Assembly (NCBI GenBank): GCA_963514005.1
Contig: OY740797.1
Coordinates: 15,128,001-15,192,000, forward strand
Source: Raja brachyura
Lineage: Eukaryota
Direction of reading: 5' to 3'
DNA: 64,000 bases
In this document: in pieces, positions 1 to 12,909 of the stretch
How positions within the stretch are numbered: position 1 is the first letter of the stretch
Layout of the letters: the number at the start of each line of letters is the position of its first letter
The notes under the pieces: generated by a model
Seen by the model: only the letters and a program-made list of their open reading frames with translations
Database searches by the model: none
Told to the model about the DNA's origin: nothing
Program-made: the position numbers and the translations under genes

Positions 1-192
1 TTCACAAGTCTTCCCGTGCTTACTTGCCGTTAGCGAGTCTTCCTGAGTACCTGCCGTTAACGTTACGAGCCGCTAAGAGACGTCCCCGAGCTCCAACGTA
101 CCCGCTACGTTCATTCTACGTGCTTACCACGAGTTGATTTTTTCTTAAACTCAGGAGAGCTCTTGAATTAACTTGTACAGTGGGACAGGGCT
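1..192. mobile_element. Terminal part of a non-autonomous DNA transposon (Harbinger-like MITE), cut by the window edge
   Basis: Ends in AACTTGTACAGTGGGACAGGGCT and is the reverse complement of the left part of the TIR-bounded element at ~50811-51129. Confidence 0.65.
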
Positions 193-714
193 ATTAGGAG
201 CAGAATTAGGCCATTCGGCCTATCAAGTCTACTCCGCCATTCAATCATGGCTGATCTGTCTCTCCCCCCTAACCCCATTCTCCTGCCTTCTCCCTGTAAC
301 CCCTGACATGTGTATCTTGGTTGTTGCATCGTATTGATATCTTCTCCTTTAATGTTGATTCTCTGCACAGTTATATTGTGTATAGCATGAGTGCATATAT
401 CTGAATATTAGACACAGAGTCGCCTCTTCAGTGTTGGAACTGATGGGAAGATAGTGAACGTTCTACGTGACCTCAGGCACTCACTTTCCGCAAATCAGCA
501 TGGGGTGTAAAAATGTGACTTCAGTTCATGCCATGGTTTGTAGAATAACCCTGACAATGAGGACAATTGTGGCAAAAAGTTCAAAACAAATCATTGTGAA
601 AATGGTTAAAATAAAATATCTGGAACAAAATTAATTCTCATCAATCGCAATATTTACGTTTAATATCATCTTTCCTTTCGGATTGAGATTGAGTTTTCAG
701 ACTGAAATACTCAC

Positions 715-821
715 TAGATAATGCCAGTGTAGTTTTCCAAATTCTGTGGATGATCAGATTGCCAATTGCTTTTAAATCCCATCACGAGAACATTGGGCTT
801 CATCCTGCCCAGACCGACAGC
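715..821 (-). CDS. SLC12A3: SLC12A3 exon 18 (gene continues beyond the left edge)
   Basis: [35 protein letters not shown]; TAG acceptor, GTGAGT donor; 107 nt. Confidence 0.93.
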
Positions 822-978
822 CTAGTCAAGATAAAACATGCACGCATTGATGAATGGTGGGCAAAACAGTTGATTTAAACAAAGAGTATTTGGACATTCT
901 CATGCACTCATTCATACTGTTGCTCTCTCGTTCTATCTTAAACAATCATCATTCAAAAGGTGGAAGAATATCTTTAGA

Positions 979-1075
979 CTGAAGAAGGGTCTCGGCCCGA
1001 AACGTCACCTATTCCTTTTCTCCAGAGATGTTGTTTGACCCACTGAGTTGCTCCAGCCTTTTATGTCTATCTTCA
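979..1075 (+). mobile_element. Penelope-like element 3'/pLTR fragment starting with a minimal hammerhead ribozyme core
   Basis: CTGAAGA-A-GGGTCTCGGCCC-GAAAC-GTC at 979-1006; the same motif follows the GIY-YIG ORF in longer copies (32638-33500). Confidence 0.7.
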
Positions 1076-1815
1076 TACTTTTCAAAATGGCCGAGGCCAT
1101 TCTCAATTAAAAGCACGAGGAAGATGCTTAATGCAATGGAACCAAGTGTTTCTGAAACATGTGTGGAACGTGTAAAAATGTGCTCTCTTATTCTCTCTCT
1201 CTCCCCCTCCCTCTGCATTGCTTGGTCCTTCTTCACCTTTACATTTCCTCAACCCAAAGACATGCAAAAGATCCACCTCTTACTCCTGTCGAATTGGCTC
1301 AGTTGGGATTTAAGTAAAGCGTAGTGTTGGATGTTCTTATCCAAAGAATAAAATATCTGATTAACAATGAACTTTTATCTTTTACAATGTCTTTATTTAA
1401 ACTATATATGTTAAATTTATAAGAGACTGGTAATTTTGTTTATAAGATATTGGAGATTCGACAAAACTACCCCTTGTTCTATTGAGATTTGTACAATAAC
1501 ACCTTGCTTCTGTATCATGAGTAACTCACTGCCCCCTTGCTGCTGCTCTGCTCTCTCCCTTACATTTCCTCAGCCCTACCCCGTGTCCCATCTTGTCCTG
1601 TCCGATCTAGCCTCGACCAGCCCGTTTTGTCCCACCTTGTCGTTGCCCTGCCCCTGCTCCATTTTGCCTCTGCCCTGCCAACCCCTGTCCCACCTTACTT
1701 ACCTCCAGTCTTCTCTGTCCCCCACCCTCCCTTTGTTCTTCCCTTCCTCTGCACCACCATGCATCCACTCTGTGGCCTGACTTTGCTCAATATCATTCAC
1801 ATTGCATGCATTTAC

Positions 1816-1950
1816 CTGCATTAGCATTTGTGATCCAGTCCGTATGTCATCTGCACCCACTGCTGTATAAAAGGATCTGATCTTTCTCTTGGCCATCCAC
1901 TTGATGTGTCCATTACAGGTGACTTCAGGCAACTTTCCTTTTTGATGACC
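1816..1950 (-). CDS. SLC12A3: SLC12A3 exon 17
   Basis: GHQKGKLPEVTCNGHIKWMAKRKIRSFYTAVGADDIRTGSQMLMQ; AG/GT boundaries; 135 nt. Confidence 0.9.
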
Positions 1951-1989
1951 CTTGGATTGAGGACAGGATGTAATTAGCAATAAAAACCA

Positions 1990-2358
1990 GGTGGTCAAAA
2001 TCACGAGGGGAATAGATCTGGTAAACGCACAGAGTCTCTTGCCCGGAGAAGGGGAATCGAGAACCAGAGGACATAGATTTAAGGTGAGGGGGAAAAGATT
2101 TAATAGGAATCTGAGGGGTAATGTTTTCATGCAAAGGGTGGCAGTGGTATGGAACGAGCTGCCAGAGGAGGTAGTTGAGGCTGGTACTATCGCAACGTTT
2201 TAGAAACATTAAGACAGGTACATGGGTAGGATAGGTTTAGAGGGATATGGGCCAAATGCAGGCAGCGGGACTAGTGTAGATGAGACATGTTGGCTGGTGT
2301 GGGAAAATTAGGCCGAAGGGCCTGTTTCCACGTTGCAAGACTCTATGACTCTATGACT
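1990..2358 (+). mobile_element. CR1/HER1-type LINE 3' fragment
   Basis: ESRTRGHRFKVRG...WNELPEEVVEAGT CR1 ORF2 C-terminus, 3' UTR GGCCGAAGGGCCTGTTTCC and (CTATGACT)n tail. Confidence 0.85.
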
Positions 2359-2869
2359 CATTACACTAATCGGATAAATGTCTACAATGATCAAACTGAC
2401 TGAGTGGGGAAGACTTGTTTCTGGAAGATGCTCTATCAATCAGGAGCACAAACCCTGACAGCAATGCTAAAGCTGCTGTGAAGTAGGAAGGAAGGATTAT
2501 GCAATGGACTTCAACACTTTAGATTCAAAAAAATAATTCAACCACTCAATGAAGATTTGTCACAAAGGCCGAGCAATTAAATAGAGGCAGCAAATGCCCA
2601 ATAATGTGGTGGTGCGACCAGGCTAAGGATGTTGTGGAACAAGTATGTCTAGTCCAGAAAGGCTGTGGAACCAAGGGTGCTGGAAAATCTGTAGTGGACC
2701 TGTATTTATTGTGCTACTGATTATTATTTATTTGTGTGTTATTGTATTTACGGGCCTGTTAAGCTGCAGCAAGAAGGAATTCATTTTCCTGTGGCTGGTA
2801 CACGTGATCATCAGACACTGTTGATTCATGAAAATAAAGCTCAGGTTCCAACGGTTCAAACGCACTCAC

Positions 2870-2981
2870 GATCAGCACATTACCGCACACCATTAGGCTG
2901 TGGTTTTTGGTAACAGTCCCAACAAAATCCACCAGGGCTGGACGGAAGTTTGGAGGACCGGTAAGAACCAGACACTGAGGC
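2870..2981 (-). CDS. SLC12A3: SLC12A3 exon 16
   Basis: [37 protein letters not shown]; TAG/GTGAGT; 112 nt. Confidence 0.95.
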
Positions 2982-3595
2982 CTAGAAATATAAAAACCTT
3001 GGTGAGTTAATCGAAACAGACCACACAGTTGGGGCATTACAACCATGGGAGGAGGGGGAAAGGCCACACCATGGTGCATTGCTAAGCTCAACATTTACAG
3101 TATATGTGCTATGTGATAATATTATCTTTAACAAAGCATTTTGCAGTAACTAATAAAGACAGCAACTCTACCGCTGCGCCACCGTGGTTCTCTCAGCAGT
3201 ATTTGGAGATTAATTGGTAATGCTTGATGTCTCTGTAATAATCCTGGCAACTTGATGATGACCCTTGTCATTACTAAATGCCGAAAGGGCCATGACTCTC
3301 ATGTGGATCTCACCAGTCGGGTGCCTGAGTTATTTCACCCAGTTAAGGAATACAAAAGAAGTACCTGCCACTCAGTGCCTCATGCCCGAGTCAGTGACTC
3401 ACTGGAAAGTGCACCCTGCTGAATATCATTCAACATTTGCCAGCCAGTTCTTCCTTTATTTTATTTCAACAGACAACTGGAAGAGGCCTTCACAATAATT
3501 CCAAATTGTGATGTGATTACAAATTGTCTGGCCCTTTTTTTGTTTAATGTGGAGAACATTCTTCTGTCTGCTGTGAAATGACCAGCGTGGAGCTG

Positions 3596-3869
3596 TTTAG
3601 TTTAGTTTAGAGATACAGCGCGGAAACAGGCCCTTCGGCCCACCGAGTCCGTGCCAAGCAGCGGTCCCCGTACACTAGAACTATCCTATGCACACTAGGG
3701 TCAATTTAATTTTTTCCCAAAGCCAATTAACCTACAAATCTGTTCATCTTTGGATGTGGAAGAAAACCAGATACTCGGGGAAAAACGCATGCATGTCACA
3801 GGGGAGAACGTACAAACTCCGTACAGACAGCACCCGTAGTCAGGATCGAACCCGGGTCTCTGGCGCTAG
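3596..3869 (-). mobile_element. tRNA-derived V-SINE (HE1-like)
   Basis: B box GGTTCGATCC, V-domain TGTACGGAGTTTGTACGTTCTCCCC, LINE-derived tail and (CTAAA)n. Confidence 0.85.
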
Positions 3870-3925
3870 ATCCTGGGTGGAGTTAAACTCTCCAGCTACC
3901 TGCTGTACATCACGTGGTTATTTAC

Positions 3926-4025
3926 CTGTAATTTTTAATATGATTTTCCACTTTATTTAGGCCCAAAGAGTAGTACAGGGCCATGTTATAGGAGCCAGCT
4001 TGAACGGAAGATCCCCAATTCACAG
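3926..4025 (-). CDS. SLC12A3: SLC12A3 exon 15
   Basis: [33 protein letters not shown]; CAG/GTAAAT; 100 nt. Confidence 0.95.
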
Positions 4026-4277
4026 CTGAAAACGGAAAACAAGGGTTATACAGGAATGTGTTAAATAAACAACCTAAACATTTCTCCAATCATATGGTCA
4101 TAAGTGAAAGGAGCAGAATTAGACCATTCAGCCCATCAAGTCTACTCCGCCATGCATTCGTGGCTGATCTATCTCTCCCTCCTAACCCCATTCTCCTGCC
4201 TTCTCCCCATAGCCCTTGACAGCTAAGGACTGGATCAATGACATCACTCCAAGGATTGGATTTTACTTTGGGTTTGA

Positions 4278-4750
4278 AGAGTCATAGCGACATAGAGTTT
4301 TACAGCGTGGAAACAGGCCCTATGGTCCAACTTGCCCACACTGGCCAACATGTCACATCTACACTGGTCACACCTACCTGCATTTGGCTCATATCCCTCT
4401 AAATCTGTCCTATCCATGTACCTGCAAAATCTTTCTTTAACGTTTTCGATAGTCCCTGCCTCATCTATCTCCTCCAGCAGTTCGTTCTATAGAACTACGT
4501 GAAAAAGATACCCGTCAGGTTCCTATTAAATTTTTCCCCCTCACCTTAAACCTATATCCTCTGGTTCTCCATTCCTCCACTCTGGGCAACATACAGTGCA
4601 TCTACCCAATTTATTCCTCTCGTGATTTTGTTACACCTCCATAAGATTACCACTCCTGCACTCCAAAGAATAGTCCTAGCCTGCTCAACCTCTCCCTATA
4701 GCTCAGGCCATGGAGTCATGGCAATATCCTCATATATCTTCTCTGCACCC
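4278..4750 (-). mobile_element. CR1 LINE 3' fragment
   Basis: Degenerate reverse complement of the CR1 ORF2 end and 3' UTR. Confidence 0.75.
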
Positions 4751-5754
4751 AGTTTGAAGCCAAAGTACTAATTGCCATTTGGAGTCACTGCAAATAGAAT
4801 GAGATGTGGCTCCACAGCAACTGTGAGGTCAACAACAAGACTTTAGCAATGATTCTCTGGATCAAGCAATCATTCAGGTAGCAAGGAAAACATAGGCTTA
4901 CACTTACATTACATAATACACAAGCATGCATGAAATGTCTGATATGCCCGGCTCTCTGGTGAGATGTTGTTTGACTTGCAGCCAATTGCAGTGACATTTT
5001 AATGCAGAGCATATTCCCTCATATTTTGAGCTATTCAGATTGGGAAGGTCTCCGCTTGATTCGCAGTGTGTGGGTGAAATGAATGTGAAAGGTTCTTGCC
5101 AACACTGTACAGTTATAACTGGCCTTGGTTACCTGAGAGAGGGGGGAGTGGTGGGTAACGCAAAAACGTGATTTCGAATCCAAAATGTTACTGCTGTAAT
5201 TTGTGAATATCAAGTGATTGAAGAATTCGCAAGTTCATAAGTTCTACGAGCAGAATTAGGCCATCCGGAATGATCACGCCTACTGCCATTCAACCATGGC
5301 TGATCTATCTTTCCAACTCAACCCAATTCTCTTGCCATCACCCCATAACCTCTGACACCCGTACTAATGAAGAATCTGTCATTCTCTGCCTTTAAAATAT
5401 GCATTGACTTTGCTTCCGCAGCCTTCTGTTCCGATATTCCTTATTGATGAAGGATCCGCTGCCCTCACTGATTGCACTGACTTCCCAAGCAACCATTTAG
5501 GTTGATAACAATGAGTTACCGATGACTCTAGATCATATTCCCGCACAATTCAATGCCTTCAGAAAATTCATGGAGTACTTTTAATTACAGATGTTGCATA
5601 ACTACAAAGAACACCATCAATTCGAAAAGGTGTATTTGAAAAGGTGGAAGCGTCAGCAGTGTACCCACATAAAATAACATTCGAGGTGCTTTAGACTAGT
5701 GCAATACAGAGAGTGGTGATGCTGTTTGTACCTGCGGTTTACTTAATTACTTAC

Positions 5755-5910
5755 CGGGCTTTTTATACAGTGCATATGCCAGCAGGAAAACAACAATTCC
5801 AATAGCAATGAGAGCTGCCCACCAGGTTAGTAAGAACATGATGGCTAACGAAGCAACTGCACCAAAGAGGGAAGCCCACTTGCTATAATATGTGAATGAA
5901 GGTCTCCACC
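5755..5910 (-). CDS. SLC12A3: SLC12A3 exon 14
   Basis: [51 protein letters not shown]; AAG/GTAAGT; 156 nt. Confidence 0.95.
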
Positions 5911-6899
5911 CTTTAGAGAAAGAATAGCAAAGTCAGTTGTTGAAAAGTGAGATGGTATTCAATGTCATCCCCATGATCAAGCACTTTGCCAGGTTTTACA
6001 GGTCATACAAATTATCAAGGTGTTCGTGATTAAGCACTTTACTAATTACCGTACTCATTATCATTGCCCAGCTTTATCTGACTTATCTGACGTAACATTG
6101 CTAGCTACCTTTATAAATCTTTCAACCCTTTCCTTGTCAAATACTTATCTACTCCTTTTAAAAAATATATTAAAAGGCTCTGCTTCCATTATTCTTTGAG
6201 ATCCAAGAAACATTTAGATATGTACATGGATAGGAAGGTTTAGAGTTTATGGGCCAAACACAGGCAGGTGGACACGTGTAGATGGGACATGTTGGCCGGT
6301 GTGGGCAGGTTGGGCCAAAGGGCCTGTAAGACTCTATGAATAAGCCTCTGATTCAAACTATTTCACCTTATTTGTCTTAAATGGACAACCTCATATTTTT
6401 ATATAGTGATTCATAGTTACGAGATTCTCAAAAAAGAGGGATCATCCTCCCCACATTTATCCCATCAAGGGCCTATAAGATCGTATGTACTTCAATCTAG
6501 CCACCTCTCACTCTTCTAAACTCCAACAGGCACAAGCAGAGCCTGTCCAAACTTTCCTCATTACAGAACATAGTGTAAGATAATAAGATTTAAAAAAAAC
6601 ATAAAATAATATGGTGAAGGGAAAATATTGGTCATAAAATATAGTTTGCGTAGAGAACAGTCTATGTACATGTGAATATAAGAATTTAACGAGAAGGCAA
6701 TTAAAGTCCCTGAACTTGCTCCCCACAATTAAATAAGATCTTGGTTGACTTTTTATCTTCGCACAAGAGCACAAAAAATTAGGAGTACGGGTTGGCCATC
6801 TGACCCTTCAAACCTGCCATTTATACAATCATGAATGATCTATCATGTGCCAGATATCTACGGTCCTCAATCTGTAAATCGTTTAAAAATGTATCTACC

Positions 6900-7480
6900 T
6901 CCCTTATATCTACAGATGCGCTGTGGAAAGCATTTTGTCGGGGTGCATCACAGCATGGTTTGGGAACAGCTTCATCCAAGACAGCAAGAAATTACAGAGA
7001 ATTGTGGGCGCAGCTCAGACCATTACACAAACCAACATCCCTTCCATTGACTCCATCTATATTTCACGTTGCCATGGCAAGGCCACCAGCATATTCAAGG
7101 ACGAGTCTCACCCTGGCCACTCCCTCTTCTGTCCACTCCCATCAGGCAAGAGGTACAGAAGTGTGAAAAAATAAACAAGTATGAACTGCCAGATTCAGGG
7201 ACAGTTACTTCACAGCTGGCATCAGACAACTGAACCATCCTATCATCAACTAGGAAGTGGTCTAGAGCTCCCATCTATCTCATTGGAGACCCTCGAACTA
7301 TCTTTAATCGGACTTTGCTGGACCACATCTTACATGATTTCCTTTATCCTGTATCTATACACTGTGGACGGCTTGATTGTAATCATGTACAGTCTTTCCA
7401 CCAACTGAATAGCATGCAACAAAAATATTCTCACTGTACCTCAGTGCACGAGACAATAAACTAAACTAAACTAAGCTAAA
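6900..7480 (+). mobile_element. Rex1/Babar-type LINE 3' fragment
   Basis: ESILSGCITAWFGN...HPGHSLFCPLPSGKRYRS, the typical Rex1/Babar ORF C-terminus; AATAAA then (CTAAA)n tail. Confidence 0.75.
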
Positions 7481-8028
7481 CCTTTGTATACTTCCTATAT
7501 ATATTTGAAAATGTTCCTGCTCCACTGCTATAACTCTAGTCCTTAACTCACTTATCTCTGTTTTTAATATACGGAAGTACGTAGCCTCCACAGATGAGGC
7601 TCATGTTTTCGACCTCCCCGTGGTGAGCCCTGTCACGTGGCCTCAGTCAGGCGAACGACAACAAACAGAGACAGCAGCAGTGCCGCAGCTTGGCGCCAAC
7701 CCGGAGCATGCGCCCTTTTTAGAGCGGGCACATACGGATGCCGAACCGGATGACATCACCCTGCTGCAGACTTCTGCTGCCTCAAACACGACAAGAAGAA
7801 GATCTCCACAGTGAGGTGGAGAATTCCAAAGACTCACCACCCTTGGCATGGGCAAGTTATTTCCATGTTGTGTGACTCTATGTGAAGAAGTGTCTCCTTA
7901 CCTCAGCCTTAAATAGTCCACCCCTTATCGTGACTGTGACGCCTGTTTGTCGCAGAAATCACGTTCTATTTGACTCTGATTTTCACTCATTTTTCTTCAG
8001 TTTATTTATTTACCTGTGTTTGTTGTCA

Positions 8029-8262
<234 letters not shown>

Positions 8263-9206
8263 TTATTCTTTAATACATAGCACCATTGTGTGCTTTCCTA
8301 GAGGTAATAGAATTGAACATGGTGGGCTGAAGGCCTGCTTTTGTGCTGTTCTGTCTCTTTTATCTTGCACGGTGCCTAACACAACAAATGACTATGATCG
8401 TAAATGCAGCCTATTTTGACATGGAGGAATTCGTCTATCGTTCTGCTAGAAACACATGGCATCTATTTGGCGTTAGAGAAGGTTCAAGAACCAAGATGCT
8501 AATCTGTAACTTCTTGGTATTACATACAATACCTGTTCTTTGGAAATACATTACTTGCTTTATCTACAGATCTCTATCACAGATTAAAACACAAACACTG
8601 CTTCCAGCATGCGTATACAAGCAAAATGAAAAATACACAAATTCCCATTAAGTATTTTCACACAGAGGATGGTGGATTTATTCATGAGTGTATATATTTA
8701 TATTATGGTATATGGACACACTGATCTGTTTTGTAGTCAATGCCTACTATGTTCTGTGTGCTGAAGCAAAGCAAGAATTTCATTGTCCTATCAGGGACAC
8801 ATGACAATAAACTCACTTGAACACTTGAACTTGGATATATGGAATGAGCTGCCAGAGCAGGTAGTTGAAGCAAATGCTATAATAACATTTAAAATACATT
8901 TGGTTGGGTACATGGATCGGAAAGGTTTAGAGCCAAAGGCTGGCAAGTGGGACTGGTGGCAAGATGGGGCATCCTAGTCAACATAGGAGTTGGGCTGAAG
9001 GGCCTGTTTCCATGCTGCTTGACTCTATGACTCTAAGTATGTTACATTATATTCTTCGGACTCCTGGTTTATTTTTAACTTTTTCAATGGACCACATCCT
9101 GTCATATTGCCCGACATTACCCAGAGCAGAAATAACTAAAATTGGTATTGTTTTAGGCCGCCCTGGTCTAAGGTTAGAAGAAACTTTGAGTTGTGCTGAG
9201 TCTTAC

Positions 9207-9330
9207 CAATAAGAATGAAGCTAACAGCAATAAAGTAGGTGAGGAGGTAACTGTAGAAGGGCTCATTGTTCTTCCCAAAGCCTTTTCCAAGGAAAGCAAT
9301 GCCAGGGTAAAGGTTGTCCTTGCATAGACA
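9207..9330 (-). CDS. SLC12A3: SLC12A3 exon 12
   Basis: [41 protein letters not shown]; CAG/GTAAGA; 124 nt. Confidence 0.95.
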
Positions 9331-9747
9331 CTGTTATGAGATAAGGATTTAAAAATATCAGTTTGATTTAACCATCTATTTTACACAAAAACAACTATGA
9401 TTACTTAAACGATAAAAATTGGAGATCAAGAACCTTTTTATTATATAGAAAAATAAAATGAATTACCAAAACAAATCTCAAACCTTCAGCGACTACAATG
9501 GTGGGATTTATTCTCATCCCACCATTTTAAATTCACCTTTGATTTACTTCAGTGAATCGAGTATTCAGTAGCTGTGTAGATTGTCTCTTTTTTTCCAGTT
9601 AGATATCAGGTAACTTTCATCCTGCACAAAATATCGCTAAAACCTTGCACTGTATGGCCCAGATTTTGCAGGGAAATGGGGGCATTCTCCTATGCAACTG
9701 TTTGCAACACTGGCAATGGAAACACAGAAGCAATTTTTGACAGTTAT

Positions 9748-10075
9748 TGGGCTTGTCCCACTAAAGCAATTTTTTAGGCAACTACAGGCGACTCGTTTGT
9801 CGCCACATGTTCGCCAGTGGTCGCCGGGAGTCGTCTCCTCAGTTGCGCAAAAAGTCATAGCGTCTTTCAGGTCGACGCTAAATTTTCAACATGTTGAAAA
9901 TTTTTCGGCGTCAGTGGGTTTAACAGCAATGAGCGTAGCTTGACTTCTCCTGATGTTGGTGCTGTCGTAGGTTGTCGCCAGGATGACGCAGGTTGTCGCC
10001 GGTTTTTCGGCGACCTGCTACGACAATGACAGTCGCTGGCAATTGCCTAGGAAATCGGCAAGTGGGACAGGCCCA
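9748..10075. mobile_element. MITE with terminal inverted repeats (Harbinger-like)
   Basis: TGGGCTTGTCCCACT ... AGTGGGACAGGCCCA, TTA/TAA-like flanks, internal palindrome AATTTTCAACATGTTGAAAATT (9881-9902). Confidence 0.7.
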
Positions 10076-10598
10076 TAAGGATTGCTGTAGGCTACAGGAT
10101 AATATTGAACAGACAATAAGATGGGCAAAGCAGCGGCAGATGGAATTTAGTTTAGTTTGGTTTAGTAACGCTACTGTGTTTATTGTCTGTGAAAATATCA
10201 TTACCCAGTGAAAAGCTTCTTGTTGTGTGCTATCCAGTCAGCTGAAAGATTATACATGATTACAATCGAGCCTTTCGCTGTGCACGGATACAGGATAAAT
10301 GGAATAATATACAGTGTAAGATAAAGTCCAGTTAAGTCATTGAGAATTCCGTGATCCTCCACGTTACCCCAGGCATGGCCGATGAAGAAACCTCAAACAC
10401 ACATTGACGAGATTGACGGAAAAAGACCGGAAAATCGCTCTGAGACTGTGAATTAAATTAATTTAATTTAAACGTTGCTGAATTTTGAGGCAAATGTTTA
10501 AATGGTCAAAAATTAACATTAATCGATGGCTACGCACTGAACATTTCTGGAAGGTACCACATGGACATTAGCTGTGGCAGTAACACAATGCTGCACAC

Positions 10599-10706
10599 CT
10601 GAAAGACTTTTGGTGCAGACACAAGGCAGGCAAGAGCCGAAGATAGAGTAGCGCCAAAGATCCCGGCGGTGATCAACGGTGCATATCCAGACACCAGACT
10701 TATGGT
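10599..10706 (-). CDS. SLC12A3: SLC12A3 exon 11
   Basis: [36 protein letters not shown]; poly-T TAG/GTGTGC; 108 nt. Confidence 0.95.
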
Positions 10707-11243
10707 CTAAAAAAAAGAGGAAAAAGACGTAACAGTTTATAATGTACTGAAATTATGTTACCGCCACGCATATTGTCCTAATTTTTAAACAGGAGGGTGA
10801 CTGACCACGGCATAACGCTCCCTAAGGATGTGGATCTTGAGATGAGCTTCACGTCTACAGGAACAGGACAATCCAATCAAGCCTACACTGCCTGGCCCAT
10901 CTATTCTTCATCATCAGCAGTGTTGAAACTAGGATGAAGAGACTCTTGAGAAGGGCTGGAAGTCAAGTGTTTCGGGCTCAGTGATGGAACAGGTGAGTGC
11001 ATTGACTTCTGACTGCCAACTCACCTCACACTTTTGCATTTGACTGTGGACATTCAAGACAATACGGCCATTGCCACGTTGTTGCCCAGCTCAAAACCAA
11101 GCTGCTCAATGTAGCTACAAGAAGGAAAATGTTGTGTTCCTCCTAATTCCACAAAGCATTTTCACCTTCTCACATGGCCTACGTCCAATAATTCAAGTGT
11201 TGACTTATCTCAGGAACATCTCTCCATGAAGACGGAAGTGAAG

Positions 11244-11546
11244 GTGGCACGGTGGCGCAGCGGTAGACCTGCTGCCTTGCAGCGCTGGAGACCCGGGTTT
11301 GATCCTGATTACAGGCACTGTTTGTACAGAGCTTATACATGTCCCGTGACCTGCATGGGTTTTCCCCGGTTTCCTCCCACACTCCAAAGACGTACAGGTA
11401 TGTAGGTTAATTAACTCTTGAAAAAAAAATTGTAAATTGTCCCTAGTTCGTGTACGATGGTGATAGTGCGTGGGGATCGCTGGTCGGTGTAGACACAGTG
11501 CGCGGAAGGGCCTGTTTCTGCGCAGTAAGTCTCAACTAAACTAAAC
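11244..11546 (+). mobile_element. V-SINE (HE1-like)
   Basis: GGCACGGTGGCGCAGCGGTAGA tRNA-like head, V-domain, CTAAA tail. Confidence 0.85.
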
Positions 11547-11629
11547 CAAAAAGCAGACATCCGCGATCAAGATTGTTATTGCGTACAGTGCTCCAGCACA
11601 GCCTACAGATCCTGTGAGGAAAATCTTAT

Positions 11630-11800
11630 AAACTTACAAACCTGCACATCTTTGAATTGTGGGAGGAAATTGGAGCACCCGGAGAAAAACCAAGGAGTCA
11701 CTGGTAGAACGTACAAACCCTGTACAGACAGCACCCGTGGTCAGTATGGAACCCTGGTCTCGGACGCTGTAAGGCAGCAACTTTACCTGTGCACTATTGT
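11630..11800 (-). mobile_element. V-SINE 5' half
   Basis: Reverse complement of the SINE head and V-domain. Confidence 0.75.
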
Positions 11801-11905
11801 CCACATATTACATTTTTTCATTCCTGTTCTAATACTTTAAAACAACGAGTTAAAAAAAGGTTATTGTAAATATAACTCTATACACACTGCTGCATGTATT
11901 TTTAC

Positions 11906-12060
11906 CTGGTAGTTGTTAATGAGTCCATATTTACAGGTACCAGTCTGTGTACATTCAGTGAAGTTCCATCCGTAGCCACAGGCAATATCTTCACATCCCA
12001 TTGACCCCAATGAAATGGTGTCATTCACACTACCGGATGCATCAAGTATCACACAAGAGC
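11906..12060 (-). CDS. SLC12A3: SLC12A3 exon 10
   Basis: [51 protein letters not shown] (glycosylated extracellular loop, NDT/NFT sequons); TAG/GTAAAA; 155 nt. Confidence 0.95.
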
Positions 12061-12377
12061 CTAAAACAAACGGTCAATGAAGTTGTTAAAAGACGTATAG
12101 ACAGAGGAGGTAGTTGAGGCTGGGAGGGCGCATGGATAGGACAGATTTGGAGGGATATGGGCCAAAAGCAGGCAGGTGGGACTAGTGTAGCTGGGACATG
12201 TTGGCCGGCGTGGACAAGTTGGGCTGAAGGGCCTGTTTCCATGCTGTAAGACTCTGTGACGGCATGACAGAAAACAGCAGATATATCAAGTGAAGAGTTG
12301 ATAGGTGTGGCTTCCTGCAGTCACACATTGATTTGGCGAATGTCCCATTGAATCTCCCCATCCTTCGGCAAGGATGG

Positions 12378-12422
12378 GACACACATACACACATGCACGC
12401 ACACACGCACACGCACACACGC
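12378..12422. repeat. Imperfect (CA)n/(CACG)n microsatellite
   Basis: acacacatacacacatgcacgcacacacgcacacgcacacac. Confidence 0.8.
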
Positions 12423-12909
12423 TACCACCATCTTTGTGTGGCTGTTAATATCTGATGAGCATCATGCAGGGTAATTGCACTTGTGCAGATTGGTTTGTCA
12501 TTTGTGAAATTTGTTATTTGCAAAATAATTTGCACTCACCTAACAAGAATTCCACAATGTGAATAGAATGGATTGTATGTGAAATCCATTGGGACATTTA
12601 CTAAAAGTTACTGAATAAATGGAAGCACTGTCTGGTGCGGGTGATGCTTGCTATTCTGTATTCATGTTGGAAAAGCATTCTATAGGCAGCAATGGAATTG
12701 GCTCGCGATAGATTAGTTATTCAAAATTCTTCTAAAGATGAATTATCAATTATCAATAATATGCAACGTAGAAAAACGAGGCTGGATCATTTGTCGCAGG
12801 CAACTGTTAAGAAAGGGGAATTAGCTGCATATATTGTTTATGTCAAGTGAGAGTCTTAAGCCTGTGTAATATGTGGTAATGATTTTAAAAACAGGTCTAT
12901 CAAACTTAC

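Noticed and set aside
11244-11330. tRNA-like sequences with A and B boxes (also at 15387, 16523, 35033 and others)
   Set aside because: They continue into the V-domain and LINE-derived tail, so they are SINE heads rather than tRNA genes
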